Assembly (NCBI GenBank): GCA_963933175.1
Contig: CAWVTW010000002.1
Location: 1-51,601 of the forward strand
Length of the DNA: 51,601 nt
Reading direction: 5' to 3'
Source: an uncultured bacterium
GTDB taxonomy: Bacteria; Fidelibacterota; Marinisomatia; Marinisomatales; UBA1611
The translations under genes and the position numbers were made by a program. Shown in pieces: positions 12,136-23,300 of the stretch. Every line of letters begins with the position of its first letter. Position 1 is the first letter of the stretch. The notes beneath the pieces were generated by a model that was given only the letters and a program-made list of their open reading frames with translations, ran no database searches and was not told where the DNA came from.

Positions 12136-12165
12136 CTCTGAAAATACTTTCATCTATTTTCAGAG
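12136..12165. promoter_or_regulatory. Perfect 11-bp inverted repeat (CTCTGAAAATA-N8-TATTTTCAGAG), operator or weak terminator
   Basis: Read directly from the sequence. Lies between the phoH stop and the thiolase start. No immediate T-run. Confidence 0.5.
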
Positions 12166-12227
12166 CAAAGATTGAAATTATTTTTTAATTTCAAGACTCT
12201 CGTATACACGAATTTTAAAGGAATACA

Positions 12228-13409
12228 ATGCAACGGCAATCAGTTATTGTTGCGGCGAAACGGACACCCATCGGCGCATTTCAAGGTAATTTATCATCCG
12301 TATTGGCTCCAAAACTTGGAGCAATTGCGATTAAAGCAGTCGTGGAAGAAACCGGCATCGATAAAACCCAAATAAATGAAGTCATCATGGGAAATGTTTT
12401 ATCAGCTGGAATCGGACAAGCCCCGGCAAGGCAGGCAGCTATTTATGCAGGATTACCCAATTCGGTAGAAGCACTGACAATCAACAAAATGTGCGGTTCC
12501 GGATTAAAAGCTGTGATGTTGGCAGATCAAGCTATTCGGTGTGGTGATGCAGAAGTGGTGATCGCTGGTGGTATGGAAAGTATGTCCAATGCGCCCTATC
12601 TTTTGCAAGATGCACGGTCCGGCCAACGACTAGGCCATGGGAAAATGATAGATAGTTTGATTCATGATGGGCTCTGGGATGCCTACAATGATACCCATAT
12701 GGGGAATTGTGCAGAAATGCTTTCGAAAGAACGGAATTATACTCGTGAAGCCCAGGATAAATTTGCTGTAACTTCATACAAACGTGCCCAAACAGCACAG
12801 GCGGAAGGTGTCTTCGATTCTGAAATTGTTCCGGTAAAAATCCCACAAAGAAATGGAGATTCCATATTTATTTCCGAAGATGAGGAACCGGGTAAAGCCA
12901 GATTTGATAAGATACCAACATTACGGCCAGTTTTTGAAAAAGATGGTGCCATTACTGCAGCAAATGCATCAAAACTGAATGATGGTGCAGCGGTTATTCT
13001 TGTCATGAGTTGGGAAAAAGCGAATAAACTGGGACTCACTCCGATTGCACGTATTGTGGCTCAAGCTTCTTCAGCGCATGAGCCGGAATGGTTTACCACG
13101 GCGCCGGGAAAAGCCATTGGCAAAGTTTTAGAAAAAGCAAATTTATCTACAAATGATATCGACCTTTGGGAAATCAATGAAGCATTTTCTGCAGTCACCA
13201 TGGCCGCCATTGATGATTTTAAAATTAATCCTGCTAAGGTGAATATTTATGGTGGTGCTGTGGCTATCGGGCACCCCATCGGTGCTTCCGGAGCACGGAT
13301 ATTTACAACCTTGATGAATGGTATGACCAGAACCGAAACAAAATACGGATTAGCAACTCTTTGTATTGGTGGTGGAGAGGCATCCGCTTTGATCGTGGAA
13401 AAAGTATGA
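12228..13409 (+). CDS. Acetyl-CoA C-acetyltransferase (thiolase II)
   Basis: Active-site NKMCGSGLKAV, GGAVAIGHPIGASGARI and CIGGGEASA. Confidence 0.95.
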   Translation: MQRQSVIVAAKRTPIGAFQGNLSSVLAPKLGAIAIKAVVEETGIDKTQINEVIMGNVLSAGIGQAPARQAAIYAGLPNSVEALTINKMCGSGLKAVMLADQAIRCGDAEVVIAGGMESMSNAPYLLQDARSGQRLGHGKMIDSLIHDGLWDAYNDTHMGNCAEMLSKERNYTREAQDKFAVTSYKRAQTAQAEGVFDSEIVPVKIPQRNGDSIFISEDEEPGKARFDKIPTLRPVFEKDGAITAANASKLNDGAAVILVMSWEKANKLGLTPIARIVAQASSAHEPEWFTTAPGKAIGKVLEKANLSTNDIDLWEINEAFSAVTMAAIDDFKINPAKVNIYGGAVAIGHPIGASGARIFTTLMNGMTRTETKYGLATLCIGGGEASALIVEKV

Positions 13410-14548
13410 TCGATTTCACCCTAACATCTGAACAGGAACTCATCCAAAAAACTGCTCGGGAATTTGCAAAAGAACATTTAGCGCCCGGTGTAATTGAACG
13501 GGACGATAAAGCTGAATTTCCTACTGAACAAATTAAAGTGATGGGTGAATTGGGCTTTATGGGAATGATGGTTCCAGAAGAATGGAGTGGCGCAGGGTTT
13601 GATACTTTGACCTATGTGATCGCTATGGAAGAGATTGCCGCAGTAGAGTTAGCAACATCTACAATCATGTCCGTGAATAATTCTCTCGTTTGTCAACTTT
13701 TTGTGGATTATGGTACCGAAGATCAAAAAGAAAAGTATTTAAAACCACTGGCAATAGGTGAAAAACTAGGTGCCTACAGTTTAAGCGAACCCGAATCAGG
13801 TTCTGATGCCAGTAACATGAGAACCTTTGCAAAAAAAGAAGGGGATCATTATGTTATCAATGGAACCAAAAATTGGGTCACAAATGGGATTAATGGGGAT
13901 ATTGTCATTCTATTTTGTATGACAGAAAAAAATGTTGGTTATAAAGGGATTTCTGCATTTGTTGTTGAAAAAGGGACACTTGGACTATCTACTGGAAAAA
14001 AAGAAAACAAATTGGGAATTCGTGCGTCGGACACGTGTGAACTCTATTTTGAGAATTGTTTGATTCCTTGTGAAAATATGATTGGTGAAGAAGGTCAGGG
14101 ATTTAAAGTGGCTATGAAAGCATTGGGCGGTGGACGAATCGGAATTGCCGCACAGGCACTTGGATTAGCCCGTGCTGCATTGGATGCAAGTATATCCTAC
14201 GCAAAAGAACGAAAACAGTTTGGAAAAACTATCGGCGAATTTGGTGCTATCCAGAATAAGTTGGCCGATATGGCTACGGAAATTGATGCTGCACGAATGC
14301 TGGTATGGCGTGCAGCAAAATTAAAGGACGACGGTAAAAATTATTATCGAGAAAGTTCCATGGCAAAACTTTATGCATCATCCACAGCCATGAAAGCAGC
14401 AACAGAATGTGTGCAAATTCATGGTGGGTATGGGTACATGCAGGAATATGGTGTGGAACGACTCATGAGAGATGCGAAGATTACACAGATCTATGAGGGC
14501 ACATCCGAAATCCAACAACTTGTTATTGGCAGAGATTTATTAAAATGA
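13406..14548 (+). CDS. Acyl-CoA dehydrogenase (short/branched-chain type)
   Basis: YSLSEPESGSDA and QIHGGYGYMQEYGVERLMRDAKITQIYEGTSEIQ. I chose the ATG at 13406 (ATGA overlap with the thiolase stop) over the track start at 13361. Confidence 0.93.
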   Translation: MIDFTLTSEQELIQKTAREFAKEHLAPGVIERDDKAEFPTEQIKVMGELGFMGMMVPEEWSGAGFDTLTYVIAMEEIAAVELATSTIMSVNNSLVCQLFVDYGTEDQKEKYLKPLAIGEKLGAYSLSEPESGSDASNMRTFAKKEGDHYVINGTKNWVTNGINGDIVILFCMTEKNVGYKGISAFVVEKGTLGLSTGKKENKLGIRASDTCELYFENCLIPCENMIGEEGQGFKVAMKALGGGRIGIAAQALGLARAALDASISYAKERKQFGKTIGEFGAIQNKLADMATEIDAARMLVWRAAKLKDDGKNYYRESSMAKLYASSTAMKAATECVQIHGGYGYMQEYGVERLMRDAKITQIYEGTSEIQQLVIGRDLLK

Positions 14549-15576
14549 GTTTAGATACAAAACCAAATATTGATTGGGACTCCCTGGAGTTTAACGTTAC
14601 GGAAACAAAAAGTATGTTTCGCGCCACCTGTGCCTTAGGCGAGAAGTGGTCTGGCGGTGATTTAATTCCTTACGGCGATATTTCTTTGTCTCCTTTTGCA
14701 GGTGTCCTGAATTATGGACAAGGTGTTTTTGAGGGGGTGAAAGCATTTCGCTCTTCGAAAGGGAATGTGGTGCTTTTTCGGGCCGATATGAATGGGAAAA
14801 GAATGGCTTTTTCCACCCGACGAATTTGTATGCCAGAAATGGATCCAGACTTTTTTGTGGACGCTGTGATTAAAACAGTTAAAGATAATATAGATTATGT
14901 TCCGCCCTATGGACGGGGAAGTCTTTATATTCGTCCGGTTGTTTGGGGAACAGCACCTATTCTTGGCGTGGGGCCAACATCTGAATATACTTTTATGGTT
15001 ATCGTTTCACCGGTGGGCCCTTATTTTAAAGGAAGCATTAAACCGCTTAATTTAAAAGTGAATACTAATTACCATCGTGCAGCACCCAAAGGGATTGGGA
15101 ATGCAAAAGCAATTGGAAATTATTCTGCATCTCTTTTCTCTCTGATGGAGGCCAAGGCAGAAGGTTTTGATGAAAATATTTATTTAGATGCAAAAGATGA
15201 AAAGTTTGTAGAAGAATTAGGGTCTGCAAATGTGTTTATTTACAAGGATGGAGTATTAAAAACACCTGCTTTGAATGGGTCAATCTTAGGTGGAATCACA
15301 CGACAATCAGTATGCCAGGTTGCATCGGATATTTTAGGAATTACCGTGAAAGAAACTGAAATAACAGTCAATGATCTTTTAGGCGCAGAAGAAGTTTTTT
15401 GTACAGGAACGGCTGTGGTTGTTACACCAGTTGGGAAAATAACCTACCAAGGGAAAACTACTGAGATAAATCAAAATCAAATGGGACCAATAGCAATAAA
15501 AATTAGGGAAATGCTTGTGGGAATTCAGCGCGAAGAAATTGAAGATCCATTTGGTTGGATTCTGCCTGTAAAATAA
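14545..15576 (+). CDS. ilvE: Branched-chain amino acid aminotransferase
   Basis: Class IV aminotransferase pattern. 4-nt overlap with the upstream gene. Confidence 0.88.
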   Translation: MSLDTKPNIDWDSLEFNVTETKSMFRATCALGEKWSGGDLIPYGDISLSPFAGVLNYGQGVFEGVKAFRSSKGNVVLFRADMNGKRMAFSTRRICMPEMDPDFFVDAVIKTVKDNIDYVPPYGRGSLYIRPVVWGTAPILGVGPTSEYTFMVIVSPVGPYFKGSIKPLNLKVNTNYHRAAPKGIGNAKAIGNYSASLFSLMEAKAEGFDENIYLDAKDEKFVEELGSANVFIYKDGVLKTPALNGSILGGITRQSVCQVASDILGITVKETEITVNDLLGAEEVFCTGTAVVVTPVGKITYQGKTTEINQNQMGPIAIKIREMLVGIQREEIEDPFGWILPVK

Positions 15577-15584
15577 TTAAATCA

Positions 15585-16019
15585 ATGATAAATTCAAAAA
15601 TACATCCACGAAGGGTCGCACGTGAAAGTGTACTGCAAGCATTATATGCCCAACAGTTTTCTGAGGATGAACCCGCCATTGTTCTAAACAGAATAATGAC
15701 TTTATATCCTGAAAAGAAGAAAAATTTCAAATTTATTTTATCTCTTTTTCAGTGTGTATTGGATCATGTGGATTGGGCAAATGATATGATCAAAAGTCAT
15801 CTCCAAAATTGGGAATTTGACAGAGTGGCACAAATAGATCGAGTTTTGTTAAGAATGGGCATCTGCGAGATCTTTTACATGGATGATATTCCACCCAAGG
15901 TTTCCATTAGCGAAATGGTGGAAATCGCCAAAGTGTACAGCACAGAAGAAAGTTCAGGATTCATCAATGGGATTCTGGATGCGGTTTATAAAGAATTTCA
16001 ACAAAAAAATAAGAATTAA
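15585..16019 (+). CDS. nusB: Transcription antitermination factor NusB
   Basis: RRVARESVLQALY start and a C-terminal GFINGILD motif. The start at 15585 avoids overlap with ilvE. Confidence 0.85.
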   Translation: MINSKIHPRRVARESVLQALYAQQFSEDEPAIVLNRIMTLYPEKKKNFKFILSLFQCVLDHVDWANDMIKSHLQNWEFDRVAQIDRVLLRMGICEIFYMDDIPPKVSISEMVEIAKVYSTEESSGFINGILDAVYKEFQQKNKN

Positions 16020-16024
16020 TTAAA

Positions 16025-19000
16025 ATGATACTAGCAAAATTTTTTGGTACAAAATCTGATCGGGAGATGAAAAAACTCCTTCCTACCTTGGATAAGATAA
16101 ACCAATTGTATGAGACATTCTCTTCCAAAACAGATGATGATCTGGTCACTCGAACACAAGAATTGAAAGAGTTCGTGATCAATCAGCGTTCAGAGAAAGC
16201 TCAATCTCTCCATGCAGATATGGATCGACAGGAGCGAGAAGCAGAGATCTTAAAAGCGGAGCAAGGTGCCCTCGATTTTATCATGGTAGAAGCTTTTGCC
16301 ATCGTTAAAGAAACGTGCCGTAGAATTTGCGGCTCTTCTTGGCGTATATCTGGTCAAGAAACACTCTGGGAAATGGTTCCATATGATGTTCAGCTAATGG
16401 GCGCCATCACGCTTCATTCAGGCAAAGTCTCTGAAATGAAAACCGGTGAAGGAAAAACACTTGTTTCAACTATGCCCATTTATTTGAATGCTCTCACAGG
16501 ACGGGGAGTTCATGTAATCACCGTAAATGATTATTTAGCCCAACGAGATGCAGAATGGATGGGAGAAGTATATAAACGTCTAGGTCTTACGGTAGGATTT
16601 ATTTTGAATTCCATGGACAATGTACAACGCCGGGAAATGTATGAACGGGATATCACCTATGGGACCAATAATGAATTTGGTTTTGATTATCTTCGTGACA
16701 ACATGGCACTTCAGAAAGAAGATATGGTTCAGCGCGGTCATGCTTTTGCAGTTGTTGATGAGGTGGATAGTGTCCTTATTGATGAAGCCCGAACACCTTT
16801 GATCATTTCCGGTGCTGTGGATGCCCCTGTGGATGAAACGTTTTCCACTCTAAAACCTGGTGTTCAACAATTGGTAAAAAAACAAACTGCTCTTGTCTCC
16901 GAGCTTGTTCAGGAAGCCAAAAAATTATTGTTAGAAGATGATGAAGATGCTGCAGGATTAAAACTGCTCCAGGCCCAACGAGGCATGCCAAAACATCGAC
17001 AGGTCATGAAGATATTCCAGGAAACAGGCATGTTAAAGTTGGCTCAGGATATAGAATCCATCTATATCCGTGATAAGAAAATGCATGAGGTAGATGACGA
17101 CCTTTATTTTGCTATTGAAGAAAAAAGTCATGTCATGGATTTGACTGATAAGGGACGGAATTTACTGGCACCAGATAATCCTGAGACATTTATAATTCCA
17201 GACTTGGGTGAAATGCTTTTAGAAATTGATGAGATGGGTGATCTTTCTTCAATTGAAAAGGAACAGGAAAAAGAGAAAGCCCACCAAACCCATGCGCAAC
17301 GAAGTGGGACTATCCATAATTTTAATCAATTGCTTCGTGCTTTCACTATGTATGAAAAAGATGTGGAATATGTTCTACAGGATGGGAAGGTCATGATTGT
17401 GGATGAATTCACGGGCAGGGTTCTTCCGGGTCGTCGTTATTCCGATGGACTTCACCAGGCTCTGGAAGCAAAAGAAAATGTCCGAATTGAAAGAGAAACC
17501 CAAACATTGGCCACCATCACCATCCAAAATTATTTCAGGCTCTATGATAAATTGGCAGGCATGACAGGAACTGCAGAAACTGAAGCAGAAGAATTGGGAT
17601 CCATCTATGGATTGGATGTGACTGTGGTACCAACTCATCGGAATATTATCCGGGATGATCGGGAAGATCTGGTTTATAAAACAAAACGGGAAAAATATAA
17701 TGCGGCTATTGACGAGATTTCTGAATGCCATCATCGCGGTCAACCTGTTTTAGTTGGAACAATCTCTGTAGAAATTTCTGAATTATTAGCGCGTATGCTA
17801 AAACGGAATAATATTTCTCATAATATTTTGAACGCAAAACAACATCAAGGTGAGGCCGAAATTGTGGCTCGTGCTGGTCAACTTGGCGCTGTTACGATTG
17901 CAACCAATATGGCTGGCCGGGGAACCGATATTAAACTGGGTGAAGGGATTAAGGAATTAGGTGGGCTCCATATTATTGGAACAGAACGCCATGAATCGCG
18001 TCGAATTGATTTACAGTTACGGGGACGAAGCGGTCGACAAGGTGACCCAGGCTCATCCCGTTTTTATTTATCACTTGAAGATGATTTGATGCGTCTATTT
18101 AGTTCAGATCGCGTGGCGACCATTATGGATAAAATGGGAATAGAAGAAGGTGAGGTCATTTCTGCAAAAATGGTCACACGAGCCATTTCTAATGCGCAAA
18201 AAAAAGTGGAGGTTCGAAATTTTGGTATTCGGAAACATCTTCTTGAATATGATGATGTGATGAATCAACAACGGCAGGTGGTTTATGATATTCGTAACCA
18301 AGCTTTATCCGGAGAAGATATGTACGGGACAACCGAGCAGATCTTGGATGATTTTATCATGGATGAGATCGAAGCCCAATCTTTAATGGGAACACCAGAC
18401 ATGTGGGATTGGGATCATTTGAAGCAATCTTTTGCTTCCCATATCATGGTAGATGCATCTTTAGAGCAGATCAAGGCGTCAACTGGAAATTTAGACCTAA
18501 CTGCAAACGATATTGGAGATTGGGTCGGAGAAGATGCGAGATCCATTTATAAAGCAAGGGAATCCTTGCTACCGGAAGATGCGTTGCGTGGTTTCGAACG
18601 ATTTGTGATTCTGCGAACTATCGACGATAAATGGAAAGACCACCTCTATGCCATGGATCAGTTGAGAGAAGGGATCAATCTTCGCGCTTATGGGCAGAAG
18701 AATCCACTTTTAGAATACAAATCAGAAGGATTTAAAATGTTTCAGGAAATGATGACAGACATGAATTCTGTTACGGTTCAACGATTATTCAGAACACAGC
18801 TTCAAGGGATGGAACAACCAGAAGGTGTTCAGGAACGATCCGTCAGAAATGTCCAAACATCCCATCAAGATACAACTGGCATGGGATTTCAGGGGCAGCC
18901 AGAAGGGCAAAAAGCAAACCAGCCCCAACAGGTTCGAACACCGGTCCAAGTCGGAGAAAAACATGGCCGGAATGAAAAGGTAACGGTTCGAGGTCCCGAT

Positions 19001-19072
19001 GGAAAACAAATTGAGATCAAATATAAAAAACTCCAGAATTATTTAAATAGAGGATATACTCAGGTGTCATAA
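16025..19072 (+). CDS. secA: Preprotein translocase ATPase SecA
   Basis: MKTGEGKTLV Walker A, DEVDSVLIDEARTPLIISG and TNMAGRGTDIKLG. Confidence 0.98.
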   Translation: MILAKFFGTKSDREMKKLLPTLDKINQLYETFSSKTDDDLVTRTQELKEFVINQRSEKAQSLHADMDRQEREAEILKAEQGALDFIMVEAFAIVKETCRRICGSSWRISGQETLWEMVPYDVQLMGAITLHSGKVSEMKTGEGKTLVSTMPIYLNALTGRGVHVITVNDYLAQRDAEWMGEVYKRLGLTVGFILNSMDNVQRREMYERDITYGTNNEFGFDYLRDNMALQKEDMVQRGHAFAVVDEVDSVLIDEARTPLIISGAVDAPVDETFSTLKPGVQQLVKKQTALVSELVQEAKKLLLEDDEDAAGLKLLQAQRGMPKHRQVMKIFQETGMLKLAQDIESIYIRDKKMHEVDDDLYFAIEEKSHVMDLTDKGRNLLAPDNPETFIIPDLGEMLLEIDEMGDLSSIEKEQEKEKAHQTHAQRSGTIHNFNQLLRAFTMYEKDVEYVLQDGKVMIVDEFTGRVLPGRRYSDGLHQALEAKENVRIERETQTLATITIQNYFRLYDKLAGMTGTAETEAEELGSIYGLDVTVVPTHRNIIRDDREDLVYKTKREKYNAAIDEISECHHRGQPVLVGTISVEISELLARMLKRNNISHNILNAKQHQGEAEIVARAGQLGAVTIATNMAGRGTDIKLGEGIKELGGLHIIGTERHESRRIDLQLRGRSGRQGDPGSSRFYLSLEDDLMRLFSSDRVATIMDKMGIEEGEVISAKMVTRAISNAQKKVEVRNFGIRKHLLEYDDVMNQQRQVVYDIRNQALSGEDMYGTTEQILDDFIMDEIEAQSLMGTPDMWDWDHLKQSFASHIMVDASLEQIKASTGNLDLTANDIGDWVGEDARSIYKARESLLPEDALRGFERFVILRTIDDKWKDHLYAMDQLREGINLRAYGQKNPLLEYKSEGFKMFQEMMTDMNSVTVQRLFRTQLQGMEQPEGVQERSVRNVQTSHQDTTGMGFQGQPEGQKANQPQQVRTPVQVGEKHGRNEKVTVRGPDGKQIEIKYKKLQNYLNRGYTQVS

Positions 19073-20238
19073 TGTCGAAAAAATTACGGTTCGAAACTAA
19101 AGCGATTCATGTTGGAAATAAACCGGATGAAGAAACCGGAGCTGTGTCGCCTCCAATCCATTTTACATCAACATATCAACAAAGTGGTGTGGGCAAAAAC
19201 CGTGGTTTTGATTATTCACGTGCAGCCAATCCAACCAGACAGCGATATGAAGAAAATATTGCGTCGTTGGAAGGTGCAAATTATGGAATCGCATTTGCCA
19301 GTGGGATGGCTGCCACAACAGCTCTATTCCAAACCTTGAATCAGGGAGACCATGTTATTATTGGTAGGAATACTTATGGTGGTACCTACCGAATGGCGGT
19401 TGAAGTTTTATCCAAACATGGTTTTTATTTTGAGTTTGTAGATACGCGGTTTTTGGATCAAGTTGAAAATGTAATCAAGCCCAATACAAAATGGATCTTT
19501 CTTGAAACACCAACTAACCCATTATTGGAATTATGTGATATAAAAGCAATTGCACAGTTATGCAAATCACATGATGTTAAGTTGGCTGTTGATAACACTT
19601 TTATGAGCCCTTATGGACAAAACCCTTTAGCGTTCGGTGCAGATTTAGTCATGCATAGTGCTACAAAATCTATTGGCGGACATAGTGATTTGCTAGGTGG
19701 AGTATTAATAACAAATGAGAAAGAATTGGCAGACCGACTTTATTTTATCCAAAAATCTGGAGGCGCTGTGCCGAGTCCATTTGATTGTTGGATGTTGCTT
19801 CGTAGTACAAAGACCATGGGTCTTCGTGTTCAGAAACAATCGGATAATGCCATGATATTAGCAAATCGGTTAGAATCTCATCCTTCCATTGAATCAATCA
19901 TGTATCCCGGTCTTGAATCCCACCCTCAGTTTGAATTGGCAAAGTGTCAGCAACTTAATTCAGACGGTGTACCCATCTTTGGTAGCATCATTTCTATAGA
20001 GTTGGGATCGGTGGAAGCACGTGACCATTTCTTATCAAAAATTCAATTATTTACCTTAGCAGAAAGTCTTGGTGGTGTAGAAAGTTTGGTCTGTGTTCCA
20101 TTTGGCATGACCCACGGATCCGTGCCAGTGGAAATCAAAAATGAAATAGGGCTCACGGAGTGCCTCATTCGATTATCGGTTGGCATTGAACATATTGAAG
20201 ATTTATATGACGATATTACCCAAGCATTGAAAAAATAA
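19072..20238 (+). CDS. Cys/Met-metabolism PLP enzyme (cystathionine beta-lyase / gamma-synthase family)
   Basis: PLP-lysine motif HSATKSIGGHSD. 1-nt TAATG overlap with secA. Confidence 0.9.
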   Translation: MSKKLRFETKAIHVGNKPDEETGAVSPPIHFTSTYQQSGVGKNRGFDYSRAANPTRQRYEENIASLEGANYGIAFASGMAATTALFQTLNQGDHVIIGRNTYGGTYRMAVEVLSKHGFYFEFVDTRFLDQVENVIKPNTKWIFLETPTNPLLELCDIKAIAQLCKSHDVKLAVDNTFMSPYGQNPLAFGADLVMHSATKSIGGHSDLLGGVLITNEKELADRLYFIQKSGGAVPSPFDCWMLLRSTKTMGLRVQKQSDNAMILANRLESHPSIESIMYPGLESHPQFELAKCQQLNSDGVPIFGSIISIELGSVEARDHFLSKIQLFTLAESLGGVESLVCVPFGMTHGSVPVEIKNEIGLTECLIRLSVGIEHIEDLYDDITQALKK

Positions 20239-20371
20239 ATTATGAGTGAATTATAGGTAGAAAATCGTTATTTTAATGAAAGACATTTGGCTTTATGTTG
20301 GAGAATATTCGAGGAGATTCGTCTAATTAATTTTTTTACCTTTTTAATTTTCAAAATTGTCGGAGGACAAT

Positions 20372-23300
20372 ATGATCTTATTGCGAAGAACTTTTAATCC
20401 ATTAATCCTTTTAATGGTACTGGTTGGATTTGCGTTTTCAAATGTTACAGTATCACTGAGTGATGTAGAGGTGGATGGATATACTGCGGACATTATCGTC
20501 CCGGTAAACCTGAGCAATCCCAACGATGGCGTTGGAGGGTTCCAGTTCGACGTAATTGCTTTGCCTGCATTAGTTCAACTTTCAGATGTAACGCCATCTG
20601 ATGAAGAAAACTTCAGTGCAGATTATACTGTTTTTGAAGACGGATCCGGTCGCGTTGTTTTTTATTCAAATAATGCCACGGGTATTGGTGCAGGTGGTAA
20701 CGGTGTCGTTTTAAATCTTCATTTTGATGGATCAGCTATTTTATCTGCGTCATTGGATTTGGATATGTTCTCATTGGCTGTAAGTGATGAGGGTGGAAAC
20801 GTATTAGAAAGCAGTGCAGAGGGCGGAACAATTATTATTGGAAATGTCGTTACAATAAGTGCAACATCTGATACGGGCGATGTGAATGAAGAAGTTTTTC
20901 TCGATATTAATTTAGATAATCCCGGGGTTGTCGGGGGTCTCCAGTTTGATCTTTATGATACACCCGACTATCTTGATGTATCTGGTTTTACTACCACAGA
21001 TCGTTCAAACGGATTTTCTGTGGATTATACCCAATTAGATAATGGGATGACTCGTGTTATCATGTATGACGGCAACAATGGGAATATTGCTCCAGGTGAA
21101 GGTGCAATTTTAAATATGACCATGACTGTTCATACGAATGCTTACAATTCAAATGTTGGTGTGAATTTTGATAATGCGATTGTCACGGATGAAATTGGCG
21201 GCACCTATTGGGTCGCTGGTGCAGATTCCGGAACAGTTACAGTTACCCCAGGTTATATTGAAGAACCACACAATTTAGAAGCACAAGATGGAATGGATGC
21301 ACAGGTCCTTCTATCATGGGATCCTCCTTATGGGCCAATCCCTGAAGATTTTGAAGAAGATTTTGAAGAAGGTGAAATTCCTGAAAGTTGGACGTTGACC
21401 ACCAGCTCTGCCCAGGGCTGGTTCATTACGCAAGATGGTTCAAGTGCATTCTGGGCTGTCCCCTCCCACACCTGGTATATGTGTTCCAATGATGATATGG
21501 CTGATGATGATGGTTCCGTCGATTATTTGATTACACCGCCCATCAATGTTAGCGGGGCAGAAAATATCAATTTGAATTTTGCATCTTATTATGATGGTGC
21601 ATATGGTCAAACAGCACATATTGAAGTGAGTACCGATGGATCTAATTTCACTGAAGTTACTTCTTTGAATCCTACATCAGAATGGGTTATGGAATCTATA
21701 GATTTATCTGAATACGCTGGTGCACCGAATCTTTACATTGCATTCCATTCCAATGATAATGGGGCTTGGGCATCTGGTTGGGCTGTGGATGATATCATGA
21801 TCAATTTTAGTGCAAGGGCAGTTGAACAAACCGTTCATTTTAATTTGACTGAAACAGGCGCCTGGGTTGTTACTGCTGATAAGGAAGATGTGATTCAACG
21901 TTTTGGCGGTGGAATTCCTTATGAAGTAAGGGTGGATATTGATAATCCTATCACACCTGAGAATCGTCCAGTAGAAATTGATGCCTACAAAGTGTATCGA
22001 TCTTATAATGAAGATAGCGATTTTGAAGAAATTGCGGAAGTAGATGGCAATACAACAATCTATCTAGACGAAGGTGTAGTTAACAGTACTACTTATTTTT
22101 ATTATGTTACAGCTATTTATCCGGATGGTACTGAATCTCAGCCTACCAACACAGTTTCTGCCACGCCAGTCGAATGGGTTGAATGCTGGATGGATGATGG
22201 TGCTTCGCTCACAGGGCAAATGGATACATTGGATTTTTACATCAATAATGAAACAGATCTTGGATTGTTTTACTTTGAAATTGTGGATTATCCTGATGTT
22301 ATTAGCAGTATTAATGTTATTCCCACGGAAAGAACTTCGAATTGGTCCATTGAGATTTCAAATCAGGGGAATGGTACTATTGCTATTACTGGCATAAGTC
22401 TTGGAAGTCCTCTATCAGCCGGAGATGGAGCTGTGTGCAGCGCTATTCTTTACCCGGATGCAGATGAGGCAATGACAGTTTCACTTTCCTACTCCAACGG
22501 TACTGCTATTCAGGACGTAAACTTTGTTGATTTGAATTGGACCAGTGAAAGTGCTACCTATGAGGTAGGGATTGAAACACAATATATCCATTTTACCGGT
22601 GGTTATGGGGATGATGGTAGTAATTTTACATCTTCATTAATGCTAGGGAATACACAACCAGTTTATGGACTTCAATTGGATATAGCACCTGATCCACCAT
22701 TTATGATGGGGACCGAAGTAAACGTAAGTGATGCCCATGATTTTTCTGACTGGGAAGTGTCAGGAATGGTGATTGGTAATTATTATCGAGTAACCTTGGT
22801 GAACAATGCTCATAATTCACCAATCAATCCAGGAATGTCTCATATAGTTGATATTACATTTGAAATTCCTGCCGGCACACCAGATGCATCTATAGTTGTT
22901 TTAGATTTACAGGATGCTGAAATTACAGATTTTAATGATTTGCCCATGCATGCCGAATCAATTCCGAGTGAGGTCTATATCGGAATTCCACCTGCAGCTT
23001 ACACAATCCAAAACACGTCTGGTGCACTTATTCCCGGCGGGACTGGAACATTCGAGGTTCACTTAGATAATACTGAATTGGTGGGAACATTGCAATTTAC
23101 AATAGTTGATTTTCCCGAAAGTATGACAGTAACAAATGTAACTCCTGTGGGCCGATTCGATGATGGAATAGTAGATGGTAGTTCAGAAGAACAAGAAGAT
23201 GGCTCTTATTATTTTCTTGGTTATGATTTTTCTTCAGGGATTGAAGCAGGTTCTGGGCCCATTCTTGAATTTGAGGTTCAATTTGATAATAACTTGAATA

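Noticed and set aside
12172-12375. 67-aa plus-strand ORF overlapping the thiolase start.
   Set aside because: It is out of frame with the thiolase gene, which has the canonical N-terminus, and it is basic and low in complexity.
13361-13405. Track start extension (MYWWWRGIRFDRGKS) of the acyl-CoA dehydrogenase. Similar N-terminal extensions occur at 15555, 20357 and 47501.
   Set aside because: The extensions overlap upstream genes or precede better-placed ATG codons: an ATGA coupling at 13406, a signal peptide after 20372, and a -10-like box before 47534. Downstream starts were preferred but are not proven.
16025-19072. SecA lacks the usual Cys-rich zinc-binding C-terminus and ends ...KYKKLQNYLNRGYTQVS.
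   Set aside because: Loss of the C-terminal zinc finger is seen in various bacterial SecA proteins and is not evidence for a new system.
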